DNA from: a virus
Direction: 5' to 3' (one strand)
DNA: 64,000 nucleotides
IMG/VR virus record: IMGVR_UViG_3300021197_000864
Coordinates: 31,572 to 95,571 of that record
A model generated the notes under the pieces. It searched no databases. It saw only the letters and a list, made by a program, of their open reading frames with translations, and was not told the origin of the DNA. Within the stretch, counting starts at the first letter, position 1, and the number at the start of each line of letters is the position of its first letter. A program made the translations under genes and the position numbers. Of this stretch, positions 17,946-26,847 are shown piece by piece.

Positions 17946-18174
17946 GAGCAAAATAATAAAAGCATATAGAAATAAACTGAAAGAATCAGGACTTTATACC
18001 AAACGGTATAATACTTCTGATTGTGTACCTGCTTTGGTACGGCCTAATGTTATGGGTTCTACAATGAGTTGGGTTGACTTTCGTAGATTACCTAGAGAAA
18101 TGGTTGCAATGCATTGTTTTATGCAAGGTCTAACTATTGATGGGGTTCAAACTATTATGGAGGAAGAAGAGTGA
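17917..18174 (+). CDS. Hypothetical protein
   Basis: 85 aa. Confidence 0.6.
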   Translation: MKIIYENIPKSKIIKAYRNKLKESGLYTKRYNTSDCVPALVRPNVMGSTMSWVDFRRLPREMVAMHCFMQGLTIDGVQTIMEEEE

Positions 18175-19391
18175 AAGTTAAGTTACATGTTCCGAGAGCA
18201 GATGATAGTCAGATATTTGATACAACAAGTTTTCTATATCGCACTACTGATTTGAAACGTAATTATCGTAGTAAACTAAATAGATTTGGTGAATATAAAG
18301 TAGTAAGTACTCTTGACTTAGATAAAAAAAATAGTTTAGACCCTATTTATGCAGGAATTAGTAAAGCATTAAATAAATTTCTATTTATGTCAACCAATGA
18401 TAATGTTACAACTATTATTACCTTTAAGTATAGGGATGGGGACTCAACTATTGTTTTTCAAAAGAATAAACCTCACTTTTTCTTAAATGGTGAGAAAGAT
18501 AGTAAAGGTATTATTATAGATAATTTAAGTAAGATTTTTTATCGTTCTTGTTTTGAGAAGAGTAGTACTAAGATGGATAGATATATTCGTAGGTTGTTAT
18601 TATTTCCACCGAATGTAATGTATTCAGTAGAAAATAGAACACCTTATTCATTTTATAGTAATGATGGGTCAATGGTGAAACAGAATGTTAGGATTAAAAC
18701 AAAGATAATTTCTGATAAAGAATGTGCATTAGAAATTTCTGATGGTGTTTGGGCTAGTATTACAATAAAAGATTTAAATTCATTTATTAATTACCATAGG
18801 CATGGTCATAAACGCTCTGAAAAATGGGGAGTTTCACCGGAAAACCTATGGAAAAAATTGTTAAATTATGAGCCTAGTAAGTCTCAAGTAAAATTGATGT
18901 ATGCTTTTCTAGAGCAAAATAGAACTCAATCATTAGTTGAAAAGAGAGCCGAAGAACTATTAGCAGAATTAGAAACTAAGTTTCCTAGTAAAATTAAAGT
19001 CTTTAAGTTGGGTAAACGTAAGCAAACTATTATGCTAGTTAGAGGTCAGAGATGTGATTGGGTATTAAAAGAAAACCCTTCTTCTTCTGATACTCAAAAA
19101 GTTAATACTCATAGATTTGTAGAAAATAATGATGGTGAAGCAAGTTCCAAAGGGGCTTTAATACATCCTCATAATTCTACGGTACTAGGTACTTTATCAG
19201 CAGTATGTATAGATAATATTCATAAAAATTCTAGTCTAGGCGACCAATTTGCTGCAAGAGCAATGTTTCTTATGAATGATGTTATGTCAAGTTCACAAAT
19301 CAATACAATGAGACTACCCGAAAAGGAACATAGGATACCTAATGTATATTGGGATAACTTAGATGAAATTGTTGCGAGGGGAAAACTGTGA
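18171..19391 (+). CDS. Hypothetical protein; C-terminal HP..G..VCID motif (speculative E2-like)
   Basis: 406-aa ORF; HPHNSTVLGTLSAVCIDNI loosely resembles the UBC motif HPN...G.ICLD. The gene is solid, the function speculative. Confidence 0.6.
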   Translation: MKVKLHVPRADDSQIFDTTSFLYRTTDLKRNYRSKLNRFGEYKVVSTLDLDKKNSLDPIYAGISKALNKFLFMSTNDNVTTIITFKYRDGDSTIVFQKNKPHFFLNGEKDSKGIIIDNLSKIFYRSCFEKSSTKMDRYIRRLLLFPPNVMYSVENRTPYSFYSNDGSMVKQNVRIKTKIISDKECALEISDGVWASITIKDLNSFINYHRHGHKRSEKWGVSPENLWKKLLNYEPSKSQVKLMYAFLEQNRTQSLVEKRAEELLAELETKFPSKIKVFKLGKRKQTIMLVRGQRCDWVLKENPSSSDTQKVNTHRFVENNDGEASSKGALIHPHNSTVLGTLSAVCIDNIHKNSSLGDQFAARAMFLMNDVMSSSQINTMRLPEKEHRIPNVYWDNLDEIVARGKL

Positions 19392-20290
19392 AATGTATAG
19401 AATGTGAATCAGAAAGAAATATGTTTGATGAAAGATTGGGTGAGCAAGTTTGTTTAGATTGTGGACTTGTCTTGGTGAAAAATATATTTGAAGATACTAT
19501 CAAAAATATAGATTATAATATATCAAATGTAGATTACAAAGGCGCACCTAACAAGTCTTGGGATTTAGGTTCAACTATTCATAAAGGAGATGTGAATAAG
19601 TTTGGTGTTATGGGTAGGAAATTATTCTTTACTCAAAGACATAACAACCCATTGAATGAATCTTATTTGAGGATGTTAAAATTATCTAATATGAATCTAT
19701 CATATTATAATGTAGCACCTGTACTAAAGAGTAGAGTAAGTAAATATTATAATTTGTTAAATAAAAAACAGGCATTAAGAGCAGTGCCTATTGATAATAG
19801 AGCAGCAAGTTTAACTTATTATATATTAAAAGAAGCAGGTATTGCAGTAACAGTACAGAAGCATTCTAATGTAACTAAGATATCTAGAGGTGAAATATCA
19901 AAATATGCTAGAGTGATAGCAACTCATTTAGGTAAGCCTTGGGTCTTTTCTCAAATGAACATTGAAGGTTTGATTCAAGAAGTTGGGTCAAAATTATATT
20001 TACCTAACCCTCAATATATTGGGGATGTAAGTAAATTATCAGAACACGTTTATCAAAAACTAGATGCTCACGGTGTGCAATTTACAATAGCAACTTTGTC
20101 TGCATGTTTTTATCTAGTGTCAGTATTTAGACGGGAAAATTATACACAACAAGAGGTTGCTAAATTAGTCGGTACTACCGAAGTATCACTAAGAAAGAAC
20201 ATGAAAAAGATTTTACAATTATATAATGTAGATAAAAATAAATTAAATTATATGGTATTAAATGATTTTATTAATGGAATTAGAAAGTGA
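19388..20290 (+). CDS. tfb: Transcription initiation factor IIB (TFB) homologue
   Basis: N-terminal Zn ribbon CIEC...GEQVCLDCGLV, then two cyclin-like repeats ending TQQEVAKLVGTTEVSLRK. Confidence 0.88.
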   Translation: MKCIECESERNMFDERLGEQVCLDCGLVLVKNIFEDTIKNIDYNISNVDYKGAPNKSWDLGSTIHKGDVNKFGVMGRKLFFTQRHNNPLNESYLRMLKLSNMNLSYYNVAPVLKSRVSKYYNLLNKKQALRAVPIDNRAASLTYYILKEAGIAVTVQKHSNVTKISRGEISKYARVIATHLGKPWVFSQMNIEGLIQEVGSKLYLPNPQYIGDVSKLSEHVYQKLDAHGVQFTIATLSACFYLVSVFRRENYTQQEVAKLVGTTEVSLRKNMKKILQLYNVDKNKLNYMVLNDFINGIRK

Positions 20291-20531
20291 TTTTATGATT
20301 AAAGACAGTGAGTTCTGGAAAAAATGGAGAAACTCTCATAATTATGATATTGGTTATAAGGGATATACTGTGTTAAAAGGTAGGTATGTTAAAGTAACGG
20401 TAGTTGATATTGAATATTATGAGTCATCTCCTAAAAAAATATGGAGATATGTAGTAGCAACAAATTGGGGTCATAAATTAAAGAGAGTTTCACTCTTTAC
20501 AAAAAAGGAAAAAATAGAATGGAGTAGTTAA
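20262..20531 (+). CDS. Hypothetical protein
   Basis: 89-aa ORF between tfb and the E1 gene. Confidence 0.55.
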   Translation: MILLMELESDFMIKDSEFWKKWRNSHNYDIGYKGYTVLKGRYVKVTVVDIEYYESSPKKIWRYVVATNWGHKLKRVSLFTKKEKIEWSS

Positions 20532-20532
20532 A

Positions 20533-21108
20533 ATGAAAAGAAAGATAATGATAATAGGTGCAGGTGGTATAGGTAGTATGTTAATACATAATTTAGAAAG
20601 ATTAGGTATTTATGACATAACTGTTTTTGATGATGATAAGGTAGAGAAAAAGAATTTAACTTATCAACATTATAATGAAAGCCACTTAGGAGAAAATAAA
20701 GCAGAAGCAATTAGTAGTCAGTTTAATGGTATTAAAGCCGAACCGTATTTAGTTTTAGTACCAAAACAGTTGAAAGGTTATGACCTAGTTATTTGTTGTG
20801 CAGATAATTTAGATGTAAGACGCTTGCTTTATAGGCAAGGTACAGGTGATGATGCTAACGTGAAGTGGTTAGATTTACGCGCACAAGGCAGAAATGCTAC
20901 GCTAATATCATATATGCTTAATCCTAATTTAGTGGATACTGTATTAACAGGGGAAGAAGGTTCTTTTTCCTGTCAAGCACAATCTTGGGATGGCTCTGCT
21001 AAAGGTGTTAATATGATGAATAATGTAATCGCTTCTATTGCTGCTCAATGGATTCAGAAATGGTTCAATAAGCAGGAAGTAACTGCAAGTATGGTGTTTA
21101 ATATATGA
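20533..21108 (+). CDS. ThiF/MoeB/E1-family adenylyltransferase
   Basis: IIGAGGIGS, DDDKVEKKNL..Q, NKAEA and CCADNLDVR motifs; candidate catalytic Cys in GSFSCQ. Confidence 0.9.
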   Translation: MKRKIMIIGAGGIGSMLIHNLERLGIYDITVFDDDKVEKKNLTYQHYNESHLGENKAEAISSQFNGIKAEPYLVLVPKQLKGYDLVICCADNLDVRRLLYRQGTGDDANVKWLDLRAQGRNATLISYMLNPNLVDTVLTGEEGSFSCQAQSWDGSAKGVNMMNNVIASIAAQWIQKWFNKQEVTASMVFNI

Positions 21109-21347
21109 CCGATAAAGTTGATGACGATTTAGAATTATCAGATGAGGAGATAGGTGAAATAATAAGTATTATTTCTAAGGATGGGATTTATCTTAGGTCT
21201 GAAATAGTTAGAGTTTGTTGTCATGTTTGTGGTGAAGAGTTTATAGGAACAAAAAGACACGCAGGAGGCTTTCTAAGTGGGCATCAAGTATATCATGAGT
21301 CTATTATTAAAGAGAGTATTAGAGCATCCCAACAAGGAGGGGTCTGA
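21105..21347 (+). CDS. C2H2-type zinc-finger protein
   Basis: CHVCGEEF...HQVYH. Confidence 0.65.
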   Translation: MTDKVDDDLELSDEEIGEIISIISKDGIYLRSEIVRVCCHVCGEEFIGTKRHAGGFLSGHQVYHESIIKESIRASQQGGV

Positions 21348-21645
21348 TATGGGATTAGAGGATTGGAAGCCCTCTAGCGATAGTAAAGCATCAGAAATTG
21401 ATGTAGTTAATGTTGTGTCAAATTGGACTAATGAATATCCAACAGAGTTTGGCATGACTAGTTTCCTAAGAGACAAGATATTTGCTGTATCTAATACAGG
21501 TAAGAGTGTGTTAGTGCATATGATGAATGGTCAAACATTTACAATAACTATTAAAAATAGCCCTATTCCTTTTTTTAAGGATGATAGGCTTACTAATGAA
21601 ATTGTAATCAAAGAATTAAAAGGTGAGAAAAATGAAAAAAAATAA
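21277..21645 (+). CDS. Hypothetical protein (likely start MGLED)
   Basis: GGAGGGG RBS before the internal ATG. Confidence 0.6.
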   Translation: MGIKYIMSLLLKRVLEHPNKEGSDMGLEDWKPSSDSKASEIDVVNVVSNWTNEYPTEFGMTSFLRDKIFAVSNTGKSVLVHMMNGQTFTITIKNSPIPFFKDDRLTNEIVIKELKGEKNEKK

Positions 21646-22003
21646 AGTTAAGAAAGGAAAATGGGATGAGCATGAAGTAAAGTTACTTTGTGTTTGTTTG
21701 GATGAAGGTTTGGATGTTGAAGAAACAGTATTACGATTTGATGGTACTAGGACTTCTGCACAAATTAAAAGTAAGATTTCATCCAAAGCAATAAGAGAGC
21801 GTCATGTTGATTTAGATATAGAAGAGATGCATGAGGACTTGGTTAAAGAAGAAGAAATGGAAGAACATCTAGAAAAGGTAAAAGATGTTCTCGATGAGAA
21901 AATAGCAGAAGTTAAGAAAACTAACAATAAAATGGTGTTTAGATTAGTTCTAATTACAGCAGTAATTGTTGGAGTATTAATACAAACAGGGGTAATAGAA
22001 TGA
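21623..22003 (+). CDS. Myb/SANT-like HTH protein with C-terminal transmembrane helix
   Basis: KKGKWDEHEVKLL...RTSAQIKSK; hydrophobic tail LVLITAVIVGVLI. Confidence 0.6.
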   Translation: MRKMKKNKVKKGKWDEHEVKLLCVCLDEGLDVEETVLRFDGTRTSAQIKSKISSKAIRERHVDLDIEEMHEDLVKEEEMEEHLEKVKDVLDEKIAEVKKTNNKMVFRLVLITAVIVGVLIQTGVIE

Positions 22004-22575
22004 AGATAAAGAATAGTGAAGAAGAATATGATAAGAATGATAGATTTAGTGACGACACTAAATTATATGTAGATATAATGGAAAAGGTTGTTAAAGATAA
22101 CGAATGGAAAAAACCTATTAGAGAATTATGGGAAGTATGTTCTGATAGTATGGAATGGGTGTATCCTGATTTTGGTACAGAAGCATTCCTGAGTCAAATA
22201 TACAAACAATCTATTGAGCATTTTGATATTCCTAGAGAAGTTCAAGTGTTAGTAGATGCTAATAATAATCTATTCATGAGTGTTGGGACACCGGGTTTTG
22301 TATCTTTTGCAAATCAAGATGATGAGTTATATGGTAGTGAAGAACCAATGAAATTACCTATTAAATGTTGGATTCACACTCATCCTAATATGTCAGCGTA
22401 TTTCAGTGGAACTGATTGGGCAACTATTGATACTTGGAAAGGTAATTTAGATAGTGCAATTGTTTTAGGTCAAGGTGAAATGTGGGCTTATGATTGTAAA
22501 ACTGAAATAGGTAAGCACGTATCATTTATTAAGACCAATAGTGGTAGGTATTCTGTAACGGAAGGTGAGGAGTGA
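22000..22575 (+). CDS. JAB/MPN+ (JAMM) metalloprotease
   Basis: E (REVQV) followed by HTHPNMSAYFSGTD = E-x(n)-HxH-x7-S-x2-D. Confidence 0.85.
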   Translation: MKIKNSEEEYDKNDRFSDDTKLYVDIMEKVVKDNEWKKPIRELWEVCSDSMEWVYPDFGTEAFLSQIYKQSIEHFDIPREVQVLVDANNNLFMSVGTPGFVSFANQDDELYGSEEPMKLPIKCWIHTHPNMSAYFSGTDWATIDTWKGNLDSAIVLGQGEMWAYDCKTEIGKHVSFIKTNSGRYSVTEGEE

Positions 22576-23060
22576 TGGATATTCTTAATTCAAGACAAAC
22601 TACATTAAGAGAATTTGGATTAGTATTTCTAATGACATTTATGTTAGCAGGGTGTACTATACCATCCCCTGAAGAAGTATTTGCAGAGGAAGAAGAATGT
22701 GTAAAGGGGTGGTCTATGATGAATGGTTCATTCACATATTTAATCAATGATTTGAATAACTCAACACAAGAAACAGTGGTGTTAGATTTTAACACAACTC
22801 ACGGTCTAATTGAATTAGATTATTTCTATTACAACTTGACTCATCTGAGTTTTGATATCATAAATAATACTGTAATATTTAATAATTTTACTTTTAATGC
22901 AGAAGGCTATGTACAACAAGGGACTCATTTATGGTCTAATGGTTATGCACCTCAATTTGGTAATGCTACCTTAGTATTCCCTGTATTTCCTTTTGACGTA
23001 ACAGTTGAATATGAAGTTAAATATAGAGTATGGAATGGTAGAGAATGCAGCCAACAGTAA
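22572..23060 (+). CDS. Putative lipoprotein / glycoprotein
   Basis: Hydrophobic signal with LAGC lipobox; eight N-x-S/T sequons. Confidence 0.7.
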   Translation: MMDILNSRQTTLREFGLVFLMTFMLAGCTIPSPEEVFAEEEECVKGWSMMNGSFTYLINDLNNSTQETVVLDFNTTHGLIELDYFYYNLTHLSFDIINNTVIFNNFTFNAEGYVQQGTHLWSNGYAPQFGNATLVFPVFPFDVTVEYEVKYRVWNGRECSQQ

Positions 23061-23446
23061 CCGTAACTTTCCCTGCCCCATTACCCGCAGAAGTTCCTTG
23101 TCCTATTTGTGAAGGGAATAAATGTAAGGTTTGTGAGTGGAGTGGTAAATTACATATTACTGTTGATGCAAAAATACCTATACAAAGAGCGCACATCGTA
23201 AAGTTTGTAGCAGAAAATATGAGTAGTATGTCAACTCTATTAAACAAACAATATGGTTTAAGTCCTGAAATAGAAACAGAAGAGATGATTCAATATCAGG
23301 GCGGTGTGTATGAAGTTGTCAGGATTAGTAGTCTTGGTGGTGCAATGTGGATGGTGCATAGAGTGGATAAACTAGAATCCCCTAGATATTTTAAAACCTA
23401 TAAAGAATTAAAGACATTTAAGGGAGGATTAGCATATGAAGAATGA
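23045..23446 (+). CDS. Zinc-binding hypothetical protein
   Basis: CPICEGNKCKVC. Confidence 0.65.
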   Translation: MQPTVTVTFPAPLPAEVPCPICEGNKCKVCEWSGKLHITVDAKIPIQRAHIVKFVAENMSSMSTLLNKQYGLSPEIETEEMIQYQGGVYEVVRISSLGGAMWMVHRVDKLESPRYFKTYKELKTFKGGLAYEE

Positions 23447-23678
23447 AAGAATCGTAGTAAGAATACCTAGAAATGCTACGTCAGAATTACTTGTGGTAAC
23501 AGGTAATTATTGGAATATTGATGTATTGGATATTCGATGGTATGATAATGGTAAACCTACCAAAAAAGGTGTTAGAATGAATATAGACGAAGCCGAGTCT
23601 CTAAATAAGGCATTAAGGAGAGCATTAAATGATAATATCAATAAGAAAACTAAAGAAAGAATTGAAGAAGAGACTTAG
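23436..23678 (+). CDS. PC4/Sub1-like ssDNA-binding protein
   Basis: LDIRWY...PTKKGVRM...L signature. Confidence 0.75.
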   Translation: MKNERIVVRIPRNATSELLVVTGNYWNIDVLDIRWYDNGKPTKKGVRMNIDEAESLNKALRRALNDNINKKTKERIEEET

Positions 23679-23862
23679 AACAGGAACATACATCAGTGCA
23701 GATATCTATCCTATTATGGATAAGTATATGAGATTTAGTTTAAATGAACTAAATTTAGAAATTGCTAACATATATACTGAAAGTGGCGATAGAAAAATTA
23801 CTACTATTCATGTAGAAAAGGCAATGTTGAATTTGCTTTTATCTAAAACAGAGGAGGAATAA
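23629..23862 (+). CDS. Histone-fold protein
   Basis: IRKLKK...ISADI...A......GDRKITTIHVEKA follows the archaeal histone pattern. Confidence 0.65.
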   Translation: MIISIRKLKKELKKRLRTGTYISADIYPIMDKYMRFSLNELNLEIANIYTESGDRKITTIHVEKAMLNLLLSKTEEE

Positions 23863-23965
23863 TTATGGATAAAGAAAGAAGAGAGAATATGAAAATACTC
23901 ATGGAACTTATGAATAGAAATAAGAAACATGATGTAGAAAGATTAGCAAGAATGGAGGAAGAATA

Positions 23966-25615
23966 ATGTACACTATTCAAACAGGTAGTTTGAGTAACTT
24001 TGCTAATGTTTGTGAGATACTTGAGTTCCAAACACCTAATGAAAAAGCAAAAACTATCTCTGATAATCTAAGTGCATTTAAGTCTAAACCATTGGTGATG
24101 CAAGTGTTTTCATTATCGTATCCTACCAACAACATTGGTAATATTAAAGCAGTATCTTGGATTGCTTCTGCATTAGGTTTGTTCGATGATGAAGTTAAAT
24201 CTGCTGCTAAAATGTGGGGAGATTTAGGAGAAGGTCTATATCAAATGTATGAAGGTGAGAATAATCATTCTGATATTACATTTGGAGAGTTTTATTCTTT
24301 ATTACTTTTAGATTGTTCTTCTATTAGTAATTCTTCATATGAAACATTTGCTTCTGCACTTAGACAAATGTCTGCTTTAGAATTAAAATGGTTTGTAAGG
24401 TATTGGTTAAGAAAACCTAGAAATGGTGTGAACAATAAGATACCTTTGAAAGCATTGGCTTTACATTATAGAAGTAATGATACTACTATATACAAATATG
24501 CTCAATATAATTCAGCAAGTGAAATTTGTTCTAGCCTAGAGTTAGGTCAAACTCCTGAGTGTAGATTATCTCACGGGCAATTCGTACAACCTATGTTAGC
24601 GAAGGCACGTAAAGGTAAAGAAAGACCTGATAATTATTATGTAGATGCTAAGTATGATGGAAATAGATATCAGATACATAAGAGTCAAGATTTATCTGTA
24701 ATAATCTTTAATCGCAAAGGTAAAATTGTAACCGAACAATTTCCTGATGTTGAAGACCAAATGTTAGAACTAGAAGTGGATGATTTCATAATTGACACCG
24801 AAATATATCCAATCAATATAGATGGTACACCTGCACCTCACAAGAAGATGGGTAAGAGAGTTCATAAATTAGATAAAGAAGAAGCAGTAAGAGAATGCCC
24901 TGTTAAAATGGTAGCGTTTGATATACTATATTGGAAAAATGTAAGTTTCTTGGATTTAAATTTTAAAGATAGATTAGAAAGATTGTCGTGGTTATTACCA
25001 AAGGATTTGATAGCGAAAGGTTTTGATAATCAAACAATAGAGGGTGCATATAATACTGCAATTAGTTTAGGTTTTGAAGGTATAATGATAAAGGATTTGG
25101 ATATGGTATATCAAGCAGGTAAAAGAAGTAATGCTTGGTTAAAATATAAACCTGCTAGAATAAGTTTAGATGTTGTAATAACAAGTGCGACCTATGGTAC
25201 AGGAGATAGGTCAGATGTATTTGGTTCATTTGGTATATCTTTAAGGAATATTGCTTATCATAAAGCCCCAAGAAAAAATATGCCTGAAAGCATACCTCAT
25301 GGTGGTGATAAAATATTGGTAAATATGACAGGAATGAAAGGTAAAGAATATGTTTCTATTGGTTCTGTTGGTACAGGACTTTCTAGATTGGATTTGTTAA
25401 ACTTAACAACAGACTTGAAGAAGAATGTATCTTCATATGAAAAAGGAGTATTTACTTTCTTACCGAGAATAGTACTAGAAGTAACGGCTGATTTGGTAAC
25501 ACAAGATGCTGATGGTAATTATGGTCTTAGATTTCCTAGAGTAGTTAGGATAAGGGATGATAAGTTTGCTAAAGATATAGATACACTTCAAAATGCACAG
25601 AGGATGATACTTTGA
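23966..25615 (+). CDS. lig: ATP-dependent DNA ligase
   Basis: PMLA, KYDGNR (motif I), EGIMIK, WLKYK, VGTG and LRFPR motifs. Confidence 0.93.
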   Translation: MYTIQTGSLSNFANVCEILEFQTPNEKAKTISDNLSAFKSKPLVMQVFSLSYPTNNIGNIKAVSWIASALGLFDDEVKSAAKMWGDLGEGLYQMYEGENNHSDITFGEFYSLLLLDCSSISNSSYETFASALRQMSALELKWFVRYWLRKPRNGVNNKIPLKALALHYRSNDTTIYKYAQYNSASEICSSLELGQTPECRLSHGQFVQPMLAKARKGKERPDNYYVDAKYDGNRYQIHKSQDLSVIIFNRKGKIVTEQFPDVEDQMLELEVDDFIIDTEIYPINIDGTPAPHKKMGKRVHKLDKEEAVRECPVKMVAFDILYWKNVSFLDLNFKDRLERLSWLLPKDLIAKGFDNQTIEGAYNTAISLGFEGIMIKDLDMVYQAGKRSNAWLKYKPARISLDVVITSATYGTGDRSDVFGSFGISLRNIAYHKAPRKNMPESIPHGGDKILVNMTGMKGKEYVSIGSVGTGLSRLDLLNLTTDLKKNVSSYEKGVFTFLPRIVLEVTADLVTQDADGNYGLRFPRVVRIRDDKFAKDIDTLQNAQRMIL

Positions 25616-26100
25616 TTGGTGTAGATATGATGACTATAATTGACGACTACCCATATAGATGTATTAGGGTTTATCAAAATATAGCAGTATTACAGCCAGT
25701 TGGTAATCCAAAGAGAACTATTGAAGTTGATATTGATACTTGTCCGTATATAGATTCTGAATCAAAGAAACTAATTACACCCAATAAGGAATTAGTAATT
25801 AAAGCAAAGGTTAAGAAACAAAAAAGACATAAAGCGAAGACTATTGATATAATGAAAATTATAAAAGATGAAGTTGATATGTCAATATCTAGGGATTTAG
25901 TTTATTTTGTACGTGACCATATTGAAACCCTTATTGCTAACTTAGCACTTGAGGCTCAAAACAATGTAATTAGAAACGGTGATAAGCGACTAGCACCTAG
26001 ACATTGGTACTGGTTGGAAGTCCCAATACACGGCACACAACATATTGTGCGAGAACAAGATGAAATTGCATCGGAAATAAAAGAGAATTATTGGGAGTGA
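25612..26100 (+). CDS. Two-domain protein with C-terminal histone fold
   Basis: IMKIIK...SISRDL...LALEAQN....GDKRLAPRH. Confidence 0.6.
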   Translation: MIGVDMMTIIDDYPYRCIRVYQNIAVLQPVGNPKRTIEVDIDTCPYIDSESKKLITPNKELVIKAKVKKQKRHKAKTIDIMKIIKDEVDMSISRDLVYFVRDHIETLIANLALEAQNNVIRNGDKRLAPRHWYWLEVPIHGTQHIVREQDEIASEIKENYWE

Positions 26101-26104
26101 TATT

Positions 26105-26503
26105 ATGTTTAACCGAAGCCAACTTGAAGGCATATTATTATCACATCCTAAATGTGAAATTAATGTGTCTAGAGATAAAGAAACACACATTGGGTATAGA
26201 GTTAGGCTAAAGGTTAGTTTTAGGGGTAAGAGTGAGTTCCTATTGGGTATTCAGCGCACTCTTTTGCAGCATGAGATAGTTGCTAAGTATAAAGAAGAAG
26301 AACACAAGACAAGACCTAGACCAATATTGACTATAACAGGTAAAAAAAATCTATGGAACTTATGTAATATTGTTCCCGACAATTTACCTACTGCTAAAGG
26401 AGAATGGGAAACTTTCAAACAGGCAGTAATAATAGTTGATTCAAATCGACAACACACTGAAAAAGGTCTAGATGAAATCTTAGCATTAAAAGGGGTAATA
26501 TGA
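26105..26503 (+). CDS. LAGLIDADG-fold protein, probably nuclease-inactive
   Basis: GYRVRLKVSF, then HTEKGLDEI; the signature helix reads LEGILLSHP with no terminal acidic residue. Confidence 0.7.
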   Translation: MFNRSQLEGILLSHPKCEINVSRDKETHIGYRVRLKVSFRGKSEFLLGIQRTLLQHEIVAKYKEEEHKTRPRPILTITGKKNLWNLCNIVPDNLPTAKGEWETFKQAVIIVDSNRQHTEKGLDEILALKGVI

Positions 26504-26847
26504 TGAGATGCCACCGTTGTAATGTTTTTGAAGTTGAAGAAAATCAGTTATGTAGCACTTGTAAAATTGCTGTAAACTTTTTGAATGAACCTAAAGAACG
26601 TGCAACGGATGAGCAAATACTAGAATCTTCTATGTTAATGAAAATGAAAGAAGGTTGTAGAGAGTGTGGTAGCAATGACTTTGGTTATAATGCCGGAGTA
26701 TTAGAAGAAGGTAAACTAAAGTGGTTTATTATTCAAGTTAAGTGTCATAGTTGTGGTGCAGACTATGATGAAGCATTAGATGTGAGGATTAAAAATGAGT
26801 TTAATAAAAATGAAAAACAAGCAAAGGCCAATAATAATAGTAGGTAA
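26500..26847 (+). CDS. Double zinc-ribbon protein
   Basis: CHRC/CSTC and CREC/CHSC. Confidence 0.7.
   Translation: MMRCHRCNVFEVEENQLCSTCKIAVNFLNEPKERATDEQILESSMLMKMKEGCRECGSNDFGYNAGVLEEGKLKWFIIQVKCHSCGADYDEALDVRIKNEFNKNEKQAKANNNSR

Noticed and set aside
20533-21108. E1 as part of thiamine or molybdopterin biosynthesis
   Set aside because: No pathway partners in the window; not fully excluded because the rest of the genome is unseen.
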